Under the pieces are notes generated by a model. That model did no database searches and was not told the DNA's origin. It saw only the letters and a list, made by a program, of their open reading frames with translations. The translations under genes and the position numbers were made by a program. DNA of 63,191 nt, the filler included, from Chiloscyllium plagiosum (taxonomy: Eukaryota): assembly GCF_004010195.1 (NCBI RefSeq). It is 5 parts of one record of this genome, joined end to end, with 100 filler letters (N's around TTAATTAATTAA, not from the genome) between each part and the next. Parts side by side here need not be neighbours in the genome. Positions count along the whole stretch, not along the records: positions 26,799 to 51,365 come from NC_057717.1; positions 51,466 to 59,123 come from NC_057717.1; positions 59,224 to 63,191 come from NC_057717.1; 2 more parts are not named here. One strand, 5' to 3'. Of the stretch, positions 49,249 to 62,200 are shown piece by piece (positions within the stretch are counted from its first letter, which is position 1; the number at the start of each line of letters is the position of its first letter).

Positions 49249-51116
49249 GTCATGCAGAGACATGCGTTTAAAATCAACAATAATTACCGTGACAGAGGAT
49301 ATGTTAGGAAAAGTAGCAGATTCACAACAGGAAGATGAGGCGAGTGATAGCAGACATGTCGGAATACAGAATTGGCTGAATCTTTAAATTCGATATCCCC
49401 AAACGCTGTGGTTGTTCCATAGAGTACTACATGTTGAATAATGAGTTTAGTAGATTTCCAGAAAAATTGAAGGTTCAGGGGATAGTGTGGAATATAGTTG
49501 CACTGTGTGTTTCAATAACAATGGTTTCAATAACAATGGCTTCACCAACGTCTCCACACAAGGAAGTACCCATTGCTGCAGTCGGTCACATAATCCCAGT
49601 TCCTCGAACTGGTATCAGTCAAACCTAGTGGCGCAGCCGTGAATACCAAATCGCAAGTGGCGGTGGAAATGAGCACGTGGAGCTATTCTGTGGCACCAGT
49701 AAAGTGATTGGTAAAGGCGCAATCCTTCTATGACGGGATAGAAGCGCGTGAAATGCTGAGGCTGGGAGTGCTCCTGGTCAAAGGTGGGGTGGAAAGGCAT
49801 ATTGGTCTCCATTTACGATATTATTAAGATTTTGCAGCAGCATTAACCTGCACTGAAGATTGGCTCAGAGGAAGCAGACTGGAGCCTTAAGTAAGAGTTC
49901 GATGCATGAAAGCGGCCTATGAAATTTTCCTTAACAAGTAGTGTTTAGTTACTTTGACAGTAAGAATTGCGTTTGCTCACATTGTTACCACATCAGTCTC
50001 TTGCTCCAGTAAACACTCCAATCCAGCGTAATTGCTTCCATTCCAACACAGAAACGCGTCCTATTCTCTCCAGCTTGGATAATCTGAATTGACAATGTCG
50101 TTCTTTGAATGGAGAAATGCAGCGGCGATATATTGGGCTAGTAATCTTTGGAGACTGGAACATGACAGCTGCTGTAATTTAACTCCATGAACAAAGTATG
50201 GAAAATACACCCAATCTCAGGAACAGAGACGATAACTTTAATTTACTGAAAACTTATTCATTCATGTCACTTTGAAAGGGAAATCTGCTGACCGTAACGA
50301 GCCCTGCCAACATGTGACTCCAGATCCACAACAATGTGGTTCACCCATTGTGCTCCCTGACTCAGTTCAAGGGGAATTAAGAATGAACAACAAATGCTCT
50401 TCAGACCAATGATAGCCACATTCCGTGGGAGAATAATGAAGAATAAAAATACATGGACGACGGGGAAAATGGGAATTATGTCTGCGAGGACTCGAATTCA
50501 ACTGATTTTCCAAACTAAATAGAAACAAGGAAACCCATGTCGCCAAGAAGGCAGGTCCATAGGATGACTGCAGGATGGGATTCAATTACCTGGTGAGGTG
50601 TAAACTCACTTGCAAAGTCATAATGCACACAGGTCATTCACCACTCCCATATGCGAGAAGTGATCCCTCAGGAGACTAACTGGCAGAATCACCAGCAAGT
50701 TTACAAATGACAGCAGGGGATCGATTCTGCTATTATTGCAGCTGTTAATCCCAACTAGCAATGAACCATATTTGCATGCCTGTTTCCACTGGTGTTCCAC
50801 TGTTTTCTGATGTAGATCAATGATTTAGACTTAGTTGTAGGAGCCATGATTTAGACGTTTGCTGATAATGCAACAATTGTTCGTGTATTTGACAGCGACA
50901 AAGAAAGCCAGGGACTGCAGGGATGCATCAATCAGACGGAAAGGTAAAATGGCGAATCGAACTGAATCCAGACCAATGAGTGTTAATGAATTTGTGGAGA
51001 AGAAACAATAACAGTGAGTATACTGTGTGGTGTAAACGGACAAAGAGATCTTGGAGTGGACTTTCACAATCACTGAAGATCAATGGACAGGGGAACCATA
51101 TGGGCGGAGGTGCTTA

Positions 51117-51365
51117 CTGCAGATGCTGGAGATCAGAGTCACGATTAGAGTAGGGTTGAGGAAGCACAGCAGGTCAGGCAGCATCCAAGCTGCAGGAAAT
51201 ATTCACGCTTTGAGCAAAAGCCCTTCATCAGAAATAAGGCTGGGAGCCTCGAGAGTTGAGAGATAAATGGGAAGGGGTGGCGCTGGGGAGCATTTAGTTA
51301 AGAGTGCAATAGGTGGATGGAGCTGTGGACAAAGATGATAGATTAGATTAGATTAGATTAGATTA
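51117..51365 (-). mobile_element. Penelope terminal fragment (paralog of 53960-54145) followed by an HE1-type (GATTA)n tail
   Basis: gaagcacagcaggtcaggcagcatcc...gcaaaagcccttcatcag; decayed minus-strand HHR core. Confidence 0.75.
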
Positions 51366-51990
51366 NNNNNNNNNNNNNNNNNNNNNNNNNNNNNNNNNNN
51401 NNNNNNNNNTTAATTAATTAANNNNNNNNNNNNNNNNNNNNNNNNNNNNNNNNNNNNNNNNNNNNCAAAAGTAGGAACCAGGAACTGTTTATCTTGCTTC
51501 TTAAAACAGGCGTAGAAATTTTGCAGAGCATAGATGCTGTTAGTGAAATGATGAACAGCAGAGTACAGTTCACAGAGTGTGGTCTGACCTCTGTTTTATG
51601 GGACCAGCACTCTCCAACCGTGACCCTTTGCTCACATGATTTGAACACAAACAAATAAATGACTCAGTGACAAAACTTGTTAAATCGGATTCTGTGAGGA
51701 ATTGAAGGCGATGCAATGAAATCCCCTTGAATGCGGGGATGTTACATTAGCTTTGAGGGAATTATTTTCTAAACTCGAGGACAGTGCGCAGTGCTGCTTC
51801 CATGGATCAATACCAGGATAGATAGATTGAATCAGCGTCGGATGTTATTGTAGGGAGCCCTATTGCTTAGACACACTGCACCTTTTGTACAATGGAGCAC
51901 AAGCACGAAACTTTTGCATCGAGGGGACAAAATCGTTACTGAGGCAAAATGCACAAATGAGCGAAACAACACAGCAACCACAGAAACTGA

Positions 51991-52713
51991 TATTACATAA
52001 CGGGGTAAACTCATCTTCTAATGTAAACCAGCAACACAGAAAGCATTCAACCCGTGCTGTATTCTGTTAAAATTCAAGAGGCAAAGAACTATGGCAAATA
52101 TTAGTATTTAAAGTTAAAAATAACAATTTTATTTCTTTTTTACATTTCAGAGAATAATTAACTTACAACTACTTACAATTCCTTTCTCTAAACCTGTCTT
52201 TAACCTTCTGCTCTACAATACTGGTCTGAAAAGCCTTCCCCAACCCGACCCCATTAATATTTACAAAAATGTTCAAATTTAAAAACCAGCTTGTTGTCGA
52301 ATCTTCTCTTTGTATCTTCCTCTGTAGCTTTTCTCTCCAGGTCGGTGTCGATGCTTTTTTCTATGCAATCTATTTCTCCAGATAGGCACCTCTCGGAGAT
52401 CTGACTAGCATCCGATACCTGTTGGACTTTTGCCTGCTCTCTTTGCTGTTCTTTGCCAATCTGAGTAGCTGTCTGATATTTGTTCCACAAACAGTCGGAT
52501 CGTTTCACTGATTTTAACATTGTTAAAATACCATATTCAAACTTGATTGGGGCATAATTTAAACTGATTAGTCGAATTCGAATTTGTTTTTTTATCCATG
52601 TAACAAAGCTGTTAGTTATTTCGACCAAATGTTATGTTGTTAGCTTGTTCTGGACTCCTTGTGCTAGCCAGAAATTTCAGCACCCTTTAAGCTACACCCA
52701 CAACTTCATAACA
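51991..52713. mobile_element. Solo LTR (~720 bp) with 4-bp TSD CTGA
   Basis: ctga|tattaca ... cataaca|ctga (TSD 51987-51990 and 52714-52717); termini consistent with a decayed TGTTATG...CATAACA. Confidence 0.7.
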
Positions 52714-53705
52714 CTGATATTTGCCAAGACAGTCTATTTCGTTCAACATCGCTCGCTGTCAATCTCATGAGCCCGAGATTTGAGCAATCTCTGGTGTACG
52801 TTAATTAAAACTACCCTGGTCTCATTTACTGGGAGATAAAGCCAAGTGAAAAGTAATTAAGGGGTTCAATGGGATGGTGGGATAGATGAAGAATAAGCAG
52901 AACAAATCAGGAATGACTGAGTTGTGTCCAAATGGAGGTTTTTCAGCTTATGTGAGGTTGGTAAGGGTAAATAGGAGGGAAATTCCCTCGTTGAGGTGGG
53001 TGTATAACTAAAGGTTGGAGCTTCAAAGCCAGCGAGGAACTACAAAGAAGTTTACAGCAGGTGCTTTTTATTCTGAGAGTTATTGAAATCAGAGATGATT
53101 TTTCAGAAAGAAAAAAAATAGAAGCTGATTCCAGAATATTTGAAAAGCCACATTCAGGCACACAAGGAGCGAATTTAACAGGGACAGGGATTCTGGGCTG
53201 CTTGGATGGGGATGCAAAAGTGGCACACTCACGAATTGTTTAGCGTTCATTGGAAAGAAATTGTGTAACAACTGCAACTGAAGAAGTTAAGTATAAGAAG
53301 AGCTGGTGGTGTTGAAAGGTGTCGCGGCTGGTTCTACGTGAACTACTACAAATTGTAAATATACTGATTGTTTGTAATAGCTTTGCAGTAAACGGAAGCC
53401 AGTTAGCTCACTCCTCTGGCTAACTGGTTTATGGTATAGAGTGAGACTAACAACGTGGGATAAATTGTCGCACTGTCTCAGGTTGCCATAAGGATCATCA
53501 TCTCTCCTACCCACCTGATCTGTAATACAATGGTGATTCTAATGAGTAGGAATGGTGTCAAGCATCATCATCATTGCCATCTGTTGCCTTGAACATTTGG
53601 TCACAATGACCAGGAACGAACTGAGTCCATTTAATACTCACGAACCTCCGCACGAAAAACCCAGCAAAAAGACTCGTCCTTATTCCTGTTTGAACGCTCT
53701 GTTCT

Positions 53706-53955
53706 GCACACCGCCCCGCCGAAGCGCAACCCACCCATACCCCTTAACTAACATTACGGGCAATTTAGCATGGCCAATTCCCCTGACCTGCACATCTTTG
53801 GACAGTGGGAGGAAACCGGAGCACCCAGAGGAAATCCACCCAGACACGGGGAGAATGTGCAAACTCCACACAGTCAGTCGCCTGAGGCGGGAATTGAACG
53901 CGGGTCTCTGGCGCTGTGAGGCAGCAGTGCTAACCACTGTGCAACCGTGCCGCCC
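53706..53955 (-). mobile_element. HE1-type SINE, tail truncated
   Basis: Same head and core as the 40189 copy. Confidence 0.9.
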
Positions 53956-53959
53956 ACGG

Positions 53960-55980
53960 GTTGAGGAAGCACAGCAGGTCAGGCAGTATCCGAGCTGCAG
54001 GAAATATTCACGCTTTGGGCAAAAGCCCTTCATCAGAAATAAGGCTGGGAGCGTCGAGAGTTGAGAGATAAATGGGAAGGGGTGGTGCTGGGGAGAATTC
54101 AGTTTAGAGTGCCATAGGTGGATGGAGGTGGGGACAAAGATGATAGATCGAGAAGAGGGTGTAACGGGTAGGTGGGAAAGAAGATAGACAGGCAAGACGG
54201 GTGAGTAAGACGGTGCCAAGCTGGAAGATTGGAAATAGAGTAAGGTGGGGGGGGGGGGGCAATGAGGAAACTGGTGAAATCCACATTGTTGCCATGGGGT
54301 TATAGGTTCCCGAGGCGTTCTTCCACCAGACGTCGCGTGGTGAGGGAGTGGTAGTGGAGGAGGCTCAGGACCTTCATACCCTCGGTAGAGCGGGGGTAGT
54401 GGAAGTATTCGGTCACGGGGCATTGCGTTTGATTGTTGCGGGTGTCCTGGAGATGTTCTCCGAAGCACTCTGCGGGAAGGTGTCCTGTAGCCCTAATGTA
54501 GCGGTGACCACATCGGGAGAAATGGATACAACAAACGACATGTGTGGTAGTGCAGTTGAAACTTTGTTGGATGTGGCAGGCTCCTTTGGGGCATTGGACA
54601 GAGGTGGAGGGGTGTGCGCGCAGGTTTTGCAATTTCTGCAGTGGCAGAGGAAGGTCCTCGGATGGGAGGGTGGGTCGTTGGAGGGCGTGGACTTGACTAG
54701 GTATTTGTGAATAGAACCGTCTTATTTCAAAGTGGATAGGGGTGGGGAGGGAAAAATATCCCAGGAGGTCAGTGTTACTGACTTTATTTACTAACCCATT
54801 GATTTTCACAGCTATCTGGATTGCACCTCCACCCACCCCACCTTCTGCAGAAATGCTACCCTGCCTTTCCAATTCCTCTGCCTCCACCCCATATGCTCCC
54901 AAAGGACCAGTTCCAACACAGAACACACCAGATCCCCTTCATCTTGAAAGACAGAGCTTCCCCTCCCATGGGGTTGAAATGCCCTCCAATACATCTGATC
55001 CATGCCCCACACTTCCGCCCACGAACAATACACCTCCAACCACAAAAAGGACAGAACCCCCTGGTCCTCAGCTTCCATCCCACCAACCTCCACATAAATC
55101 ACATCATCCGCTGACAAATTCGCCACATCTAAACGGACACCACCACCAGGGATATATGTCCCTCCCCATGCCTATCCACTTTCTCCAAAGACCATTCTCT
55201 CCGCAACTACCTAATCAAGACCACAACCTCCAATGATCCACCCTTTCCACGGCATCTTCCCCTGCCACCGCAGGAATTGTAAAACCTGCACCCATATGTT
55301 TCCCTCTCACCTCGTCCAAGGTGCCAATGGAGCCTTCAACGTCCATCAAAGGTTCACCTGCACTTACACACATGTCATTTATTGCGTCCGTTGCTCCAGA
55401 TGTGGTCTCCTTTAAATTGGGGAGATCGGATGTCTTCTCACAGAGCACTTCAGAGAACACCTCCAGGATACCCACAAGAATCAACCCCACTGCTTCTTGT
55501 CCAAATATTTCAACTCCCCCTCCCATCACTCGACGTAATGCAGGTCCTGGGCCTCCTCCATCGCCAGTGCCTCACCACCCGATGCCTGGATGAAGAAACC
55601 CTTATCCTCTGCCTTAGGACCCTTCAACCCCATGGCATCAATGTGCACATCATCAGTTTTCTCATTCCCATTCCTCCCACCTTACCTCAGTTTCAACCTT
55701 CCAGCTCAACACCGTCCTCCTGACTTGTCCCACCTGTGTATCTTCATCCCCACCTATCCGCTCCACATTCTTCTGTGACATATCACCTTCACCCCCTCCT
55801 CCATCCACTTACTGCACGCTCAGCTACCTTCTCCACAGCCCCACTCCTCCCATTTGTCTCTCCACTTCATTAGCTCCCAGTCTCATTCGTGATGATGGGC
55901 GTTTGCCTGAAACATCGATTTTTCCTCCTCCTCAGATGCTGCCGGACCCGCTGTGCTTCTCCAGGACCACTCTAATCTTG
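53960..55980. mobile_element. Penelope-like element 3' region in inverted arrangement; both arms carry GIY-YIG remnants and an HHR-type terminus
   Basis: Plus arm ~54780-55980: GIFPCHRRNCKTC...FTCTYTHVIYCVRCSRCGLL, decayed HHR gtgatga-tgggcgtttgcct-gaaac at ~55889; minus arm 53960-54770: FNCTTTHVVCCIHFSRCGHRYI, HHR-like ctgatgaagggcttttgccc. Confidence 0.88.
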
Positions 55981-56179
55981 AGGGAATCAGGTGATTCAGA
56001 GGGTTTTTGGATATTTGCTGTTGTCGACCACAGGCTGTGTAGGATAGTAGAAATTTTGCAGTTTAGGGAACAGCAAAAAGACTGAGCACAAGTCTGGTCA
56101 CTGCATGAATCAACATTTTTTAAAATTGTCAGATAAAAGATGGAGGGTTAAGTATACAACTTCGCCCATCAAGACCACT

Positions 56180-57400
56180 TCACGACTCAATTAGTTTATC
56201 ACTGATACCTCTCCAAGTCAGGGTGCTATGTGCCTTAGTGGGTAACTTGCAAACGGTGGCGTTTCAATGCATCATCCTTGTAGATGTTGAGCTTTGAAGG
56301 TTCTGTCAAAAATGCCAGGATGACTTACTCCAGTGCATCTTGTAGTTCGTGCACTCTGCTGCAATTGTGCCTTTGCAGTGATGGGAATGAATATTCAAGA
56401 ATTGAAGAGCGTACAATCAAGTGACTGCATTATCGTGGAGGGTGTCCAGTTCTTTAAGTGTAATTGAAGCTACACCCATCTAGGCAAATGGAGAGAGTTC
56501 TGTTCCACATCACAATTGTGCCTTGCAAACTATGCAGGCTTCACAGAGGCAAGAGTTAAGTTTGTAAACAAAAATATCGACCAACGCACAAGTTTCTGTT
56601 GTCAAAGTGATTACATAGACAGTCTCAGTCCGTTTTTTCTTAAATACTAGCACCGCGGACGATTACACGAGGGTTAGGTTACAGTAAAGCCACTGAATGT
56701 CAATGGGATATGATTATATTCTCATTTGTAAGAGTTCCCATTAAGGCATTTAGTCCTTGTGTGGACCAATCCGATTCCTATCCTTATCTGATTTCAAGTT
56801 CCAATTCCTGTCTTTGCCTGAACTTTCAACTGTTGCCTCTCATAAATGTCTCCACCTGCCTTAATAATATGCAAGGATGTTGTAGTGGGCAGCAGATATT
56901 TATGAACATGTTGCCAACATTGGATAAAGTGGAGCTTTTTGGAAAGATTGGTTAGGCTGGGATTAATCTCCTTGAAGCAAAGGAGGCGGGGAGGGGGGAG
57001 GAGAGAGAGCTCTATAATCACGTAATAACATTTATAAACGTTAAATATTCATGGGATTTTGACAGGGTAGATACGGACATGTGGTTTCCCTCTGGTGTGA
57101 GGACATAATCTCAGAATTAGATTTTGCCTACTTAATTCGGAAATGAAGAGTAATTTCTTTGCTCAGGGGCAAGCGAATCTGTGGAACTCTTTCCCGAAAC
57201 CGCTGTGGAGGCTGAGTTTTTGTGTATTTTTAATCTGTGCCAGACATATATTTAATCAGAAAGACGATGAAGCTTTGTCGAGGCAATGCAGGAAAATGGA
57301 GTTGAAGCTTATCAGATCAGCCATGAGTTCATTGAATGTTGGAGCAGTCACAACGGTCTGAATGGCCGACTTCCACTACTGCATCATTTGGTCTAACACC
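56180..57400. mobile_element. Old LINE fragments (minus-strand RT remnant, then a plus-strand CR1 3' end)
   Basis: Decayed CR1-like 3' sequence (gacagggtagat...aatttcttt..tcag...gaatctgtggaactct). Confidence 0.55.
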
Positions 57401-57419
57401 TTCTTTTATTGATAAGTTT

Positions 57420-57700
57420 AGAATTCCGACGGGATAGGATGAAGCGATCGAGAAGGTTTATCAAACTGATCAAACAGATCAGGAACTAGCCTCATAAGCT
57501 CATGAAGAAGAAATGTGCACCTGGCTAATTAATACGGCGATGTATAGTGCTATGGTTTTAATTGGTCTTTTTGTTGGTATTGCGATAGTGAAGTGTATTA
57601 TTGCTAAAATATTAACTTCTAACGACAATATTGGTCCACCCAGAAAATGCTTCTTCTCCACTTAGATGAAGACGAGGAAACACCATTGCCTGACCTTGGT
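57420..57700 (+). pseudogene. env: ERV env C-terminal (transmembrane/cytoplasmic) remnant
   Basis: WLINTAMYSAMVLIGLFVGIAIVKCIIAKILTS hydrophobic helix just upstream of a PPT and LTR. Confidence 0.55.
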
Positions 57701-57802
57701 TCCCCTTCGGAGAAAAAGGAAGTAATGCAGTCTTTTACTGCCATAATGATTTGTTCCATGCCTTTATGATGTGGCCATAGAATGACCAAAGGGGGGGGGG
57801 GA

Positions 57803-58389
57803 TGAGGATCTAAAATTTGAATTTAGTTTATTGCTTGAAGCAATAATTATATGTGGATTTTTGCTGAACACAAATTTTTTTCAATTTAAAAGATAACGAT
57901 GAAGTGGTTGAGAATAGTGATTGAACCCTGTGAACTTGTACTGATGATTTGCAGAATTAAGCTGAAATTCTAAGATAAAAGAACAACAGAGTTTGCATAA
58001 AATGAATACTGACACATTAATTGACCATTTGAAATAACCTTGAACTCTTGCCATGGCATGACAATTTATGTAAATAAGATTTTCTTTTCCAAGCAATTAA
58101 CATTGGATTAACATGTTGTCAACCTTGCCTCCATATTACAGTTGGTTGGACATTTTTGTAATTAAGAACTCTTTCCCAGGAATTATCATTGGATTGACTT
58201 GCTGCAAATCATGTCATCATATTATATTTGATTAGTGTTTCTTGTAATTAAGGCTGTAGTATTTCTTTAAAAAACTGTAAATAATGCTCAATAAACTAAG
58301 GACACGTGCTTTTTGGACAGACCGCATTCGTTGGTTCTTTTGACCGATCTCGAACCAAAAGGCCCCTCTTGAGGGGTCTAAGAACTTCA
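57803..58389 (+). mobile_element. 3' LTR of a further ERV
   Basis: PPT aaagggggggggggga (57788-57802); TGAGGATCT...AGAACTTCA termini; AATAAA at 58290. Confidence 0.7.
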
Positions 58390-58944
58390 AGACCTGGAGG
58401 CAACAAATGACAATGGACACACCACAAATGGATATATGCAGAAGCTGTGATTGTTAAAGAAAATTGGTGAACCTTATATTGTTGGCAACATTGTGATCAC
58501 GCTGGAGGATGGTTCGCGGTATGATTCACACAGCAAAAAGTTGTGGAAGAATGAAAGGTTCGTTTCATTGCAGAAGTTTTCTGCGGTTCCATTTCCAATT
58601 GACTGTTTGAAATACTGGTCAGTGAGGAGTGTTACGTTAAAACAGTAATTCACAATACCACTGGATAAATTATTGCTTCCGTTCTCTCCTTATTTGTTTC
58701 TACTTCATTCGATGTAAATTCCTAGAAAGTCAAGATGGAATGAAAGGAGGAAAGAAAAGTTGCATTCATTTTCATTATCCCAATTTAACTTACAACAGAA
58801 TCGAAATGCTTTATTTCGACTTTGATGTAGTTTCAATTATTCGTGAACCTCCAATACAGTGCAAGACAAGAGCAACGTACTCCATCCCATGTTAACCAAA
58901 GAATATAAGACACAAAGGAAGACCACATCTGTGTTTAATGGAAG

Positions 58945-59020
58945 GAGAAATCAAGTAGGATTCGAACCCACATGTACTCAATGAATTACCAACCCACCAG
59001 TTTAAGCTCTTGGCCACTTA
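58945..59020 (-). pseudogene. Decayed tRNA (Ser-like) relic
   Basis: gtaggattcgaacccaca (B box) ... tttaagctcttggccac (A box) in tRNA spacing. Confidence 0.5.
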
Positions 59021-59223
59021 ATGGGCTGATAAAACGGGCTGCCATGTGATACATCAAGAGTATGTATGGTGAAGGTGGGGATGAGAAATTCCCTGAGCAG
59101 AATCGAATCCACACCATTATGTTNNNNNNNNNNNNNNNNNNNNNNNNNNNNNNNNNNNNNNNNNNNNTTAATTAATTAANNNNNNNNNNNNNNNNNNNNN
59201 NNNNNNNNNNNNNNNNNNNNNNN

Positions 59224-62200
59224 ATGGTGGAATGAGTGTGAGGGGTTCAGTTTGACGGTGAAGGAGTGAGTGTGACGGGTCAGGGTGATGCTGATGGAGT
59301 GAGTGTGAGGGGATCGGTGTGACAGTGATGGAGGTTGTGTAAGGGGATCGTCGTGACGTCGATGGAATGAGTGTGAGGGGGTCAGTGTGACGATGATAAA
59401 TTAGTGTGTGGGAGTCAGGGTGACCGAGATGGGGTGAGTGTGAGGGGTTCAGGGTGACGGTCTTGGAGTGAGTGTGAGGGTGTCATGTTGACTGTGATGG
59501 AGTGACTGTGAGGAGGCAAGTGCGACGGTGATGGAGTGAGGAAGAGGGTGTCAGGGTGACGGTCGTTTACTGAATGTGAGGGGGTCAGTTTGACGGTGAA
59601 GGAGTGAGTGTGAGGGGTCAGGGTGATGCTGATGGAGTGAGTGTGAGGGGATCGGTGTGACAGTGATGGAGGGAGTGTAAGGGGGTCATCGTGACGTTGA
59701 TGGAGTGAGTGTGAGGGTGTCAGTGTGACGATGATAAATGAAGTGGTCAGGGTGACGGTGATGGAGTGAGTGTGAGGGGGTCTGTGTGTCGGTGATGGAG
59801 TGAGTGTGAGGGGGTCAGTGTTATTGTGCTTGAGTGAGTGTGAGGGGGTCATCAGTGTGACAGTGATGGAGTGAGTGTGAGGAGGTCAGGGTGACGGTGA
59901 TGTAATGTGAGTGAGGGCGTCACGGTGACGCTGATGGAGTGAGTGTGAGGGGATCAGTGTGACAGTAATGAAGTGAGTGTGAGGGGGTCAGGGTGACGCT
60001 GATGGAGTGAGTGTGAGGGCATCGGTGTGACAGTGATGGAGGGAGTGTGAGGGGTCAGGGTGAGAGTGAGAAATGAGTCTGAGTGGGTCAGGGTGACGGT
60101 AATGGAGTGAATGTGAGGGGGTCAGTGTGACGATGATAAATGAAGTGGTCAGGGTGACGGTGATGGAGTGAGTCTGAGGGGGTCTGTCTGTCGGTGATGG
60201 AGTGAGTGTGAGGGGGTCCGTGTTACTGTGATTGAGTGAGTGTTAGGGGGTCATCAGTGTGACAGTGATGGAGTGAGTGTGAGGAGGTCAGGGTGACGGT
60301 GATGGAGTGTGAGTGAGGGGGTCACGGTGACGCTGATGGAGTGAGTGTGAGGGGATCAGTGTGACAGTAATGAAATGAGTGTGAGCGGGCCAGGGTGACG
60401 CTGATGGAGTGAGTGTGAGGGCATCGGTGTGACAGTGATGGAGGGAGTGTGAGGGGGTCAGGGTGATAGTGATGGTGGGAGTGTGATGGGGCAGGGTGAC
60501 GATGATGGAGTGAGTGTGAGGGGGTCAGGGTGACAGTGAGAAATGACTGTGAGTGGGTCAGGGTGACGGTGATAAATGAATGTGAGTGGGTCAGAGTGAC
60601 GGTGATGGAGGGAGTGTGAGGGTGTCAGGGTGACGGTGATGCACTGAGTGTGAGGGGGTCAGTGTGACTGTGGTGGAGTGAGTGTGAGGGGGACAGTGTG
60701 ACTGTGATGGAGTTTGTGTGAGGGGATCGGTGTGACAGTGATGGAGGGAGTGTGAGTGTGTCAGGGTGACGGTGATGGAGGGGGTGTGACTGGCTCAGGG
60801 TGACGGTGATGGAGTGAGAGTGAGGGGTGAGGGTGACGGTGATGGATGAGACTGAGGGGGTCAGGGTGAGTGTGATGGAGTGAGTGTGAGAGGGTCAGGT
60901 TGAAGTGGTGGAGTTAGTGTGAGGGGGTCAGGGTGAGAGTGATGGAGTGAGTGGGAGTGGGTCAGGTTGACGGTGATGGATGGATTTTGACAGTGTGAGG
61001 GTGACGGTGATGGAATCAGTGTGCGGGGTCAGCGTGACGGAGATGGAGTGAGTGTGAGGGGGTCAGGGTGACAATAATGGAGTGAGTGTGAGAGGGTCAG
61101 GGTGAGGGTGATGGATTGATTGTGAATGTGTCAGGTTGACAGTGATAGAGTGAGTGTGAGGGGATCAGTTTGACGGTGATTGAGTGAGTGTGGGGGGTCA
61201 GTGTGACGGAGATGGAGTGAGTGTGCGAGTGTCAGTGTGACGCTGACGGAGTGAGTTTAATGGGGTCAGTGTTACGAAGATGGAGTGAGTGTGAGGGGGG
61301 TCAGGGTGACGGTGATGGAGTGAGTAAGATGGGGTCAGGGTGACGGTGTTGGAATGAGTGTGAGGGGTTCAGTTTGACGGTGAACGGGTGAGTGTGACGG
61401 GTCATGGTGATGCTGATGGAGTGAGTGTGAGGGGATCTGTGTGACAGTGATTGAGGGAATGTAAGGGGGTCATCGTGACGTTGATGGAATGAGTGTGAGG
61501 GGTTCAGGGTAACAGTGATAAATGAGTGTGAGGACGTCAGTGTGACGGTCTTGGAGTGAGTGTGAGGGTGTCATGTTGACTGTGATGGAGTGACTGTGAG
61601 GAGGCAAGTGTGATGGTGATGCATGAGTAAGAGGGTGTCAGGGTCACGGTGGTGGAATGAATGTGAGGGGGTCAGTTTGACGGTGAAGGAGTGAGTGTGA
61701 GGCGTCAGGGTGATGCTGGTGGAGTGAGTGTGAGGGGTCAGGGTGACGCTGAAGGAGTGAATGTGAGGGGATCGGTGTGACAGTGATGGAGGGAGTGTAA
61801 GAAGGTCATCGTGACGTTGATGGAGTGAGTGTGTGGGAGTCAGGGTGTCGGTGATGGGGTGAGTGTGAGGGCGTCAGTGTGACGGTGATGGAGTGAGTGT
61901 GAGGAGGTCAATGTGACTGTGATGGATTGAGTGTGAAGTGGTCAGGGTGACTGTGATTGAGTGAGTGTGAGGGGGTCTGTGTGTCGGTGATGGAGTGAGT
62001 GTGAGGGGGTCAGTGTGACTGTGCTTGAGTGAGTGTGAGGGGGTCATCAGTGTTACAGTGATGGAGCGAGTGTAAGGAGGTCAGTGTGACTGTGATGGAG
62101 TGAGTGTGAGGGGGTCAGTGTGACTCTGATGGAGAGAGTGTGAGGGTGTCAGTTTGACTGTGATGAAGTGAGTGTGAGATTTCAGGGTGACGGTGGTGGA

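Noticed and set aside
53397..53431. Small hairpin ccagttagc...gctaactgg
   Set aside because: A single 9-12 bp stem with no supporting context; not distinguishable from chance or a local template switch
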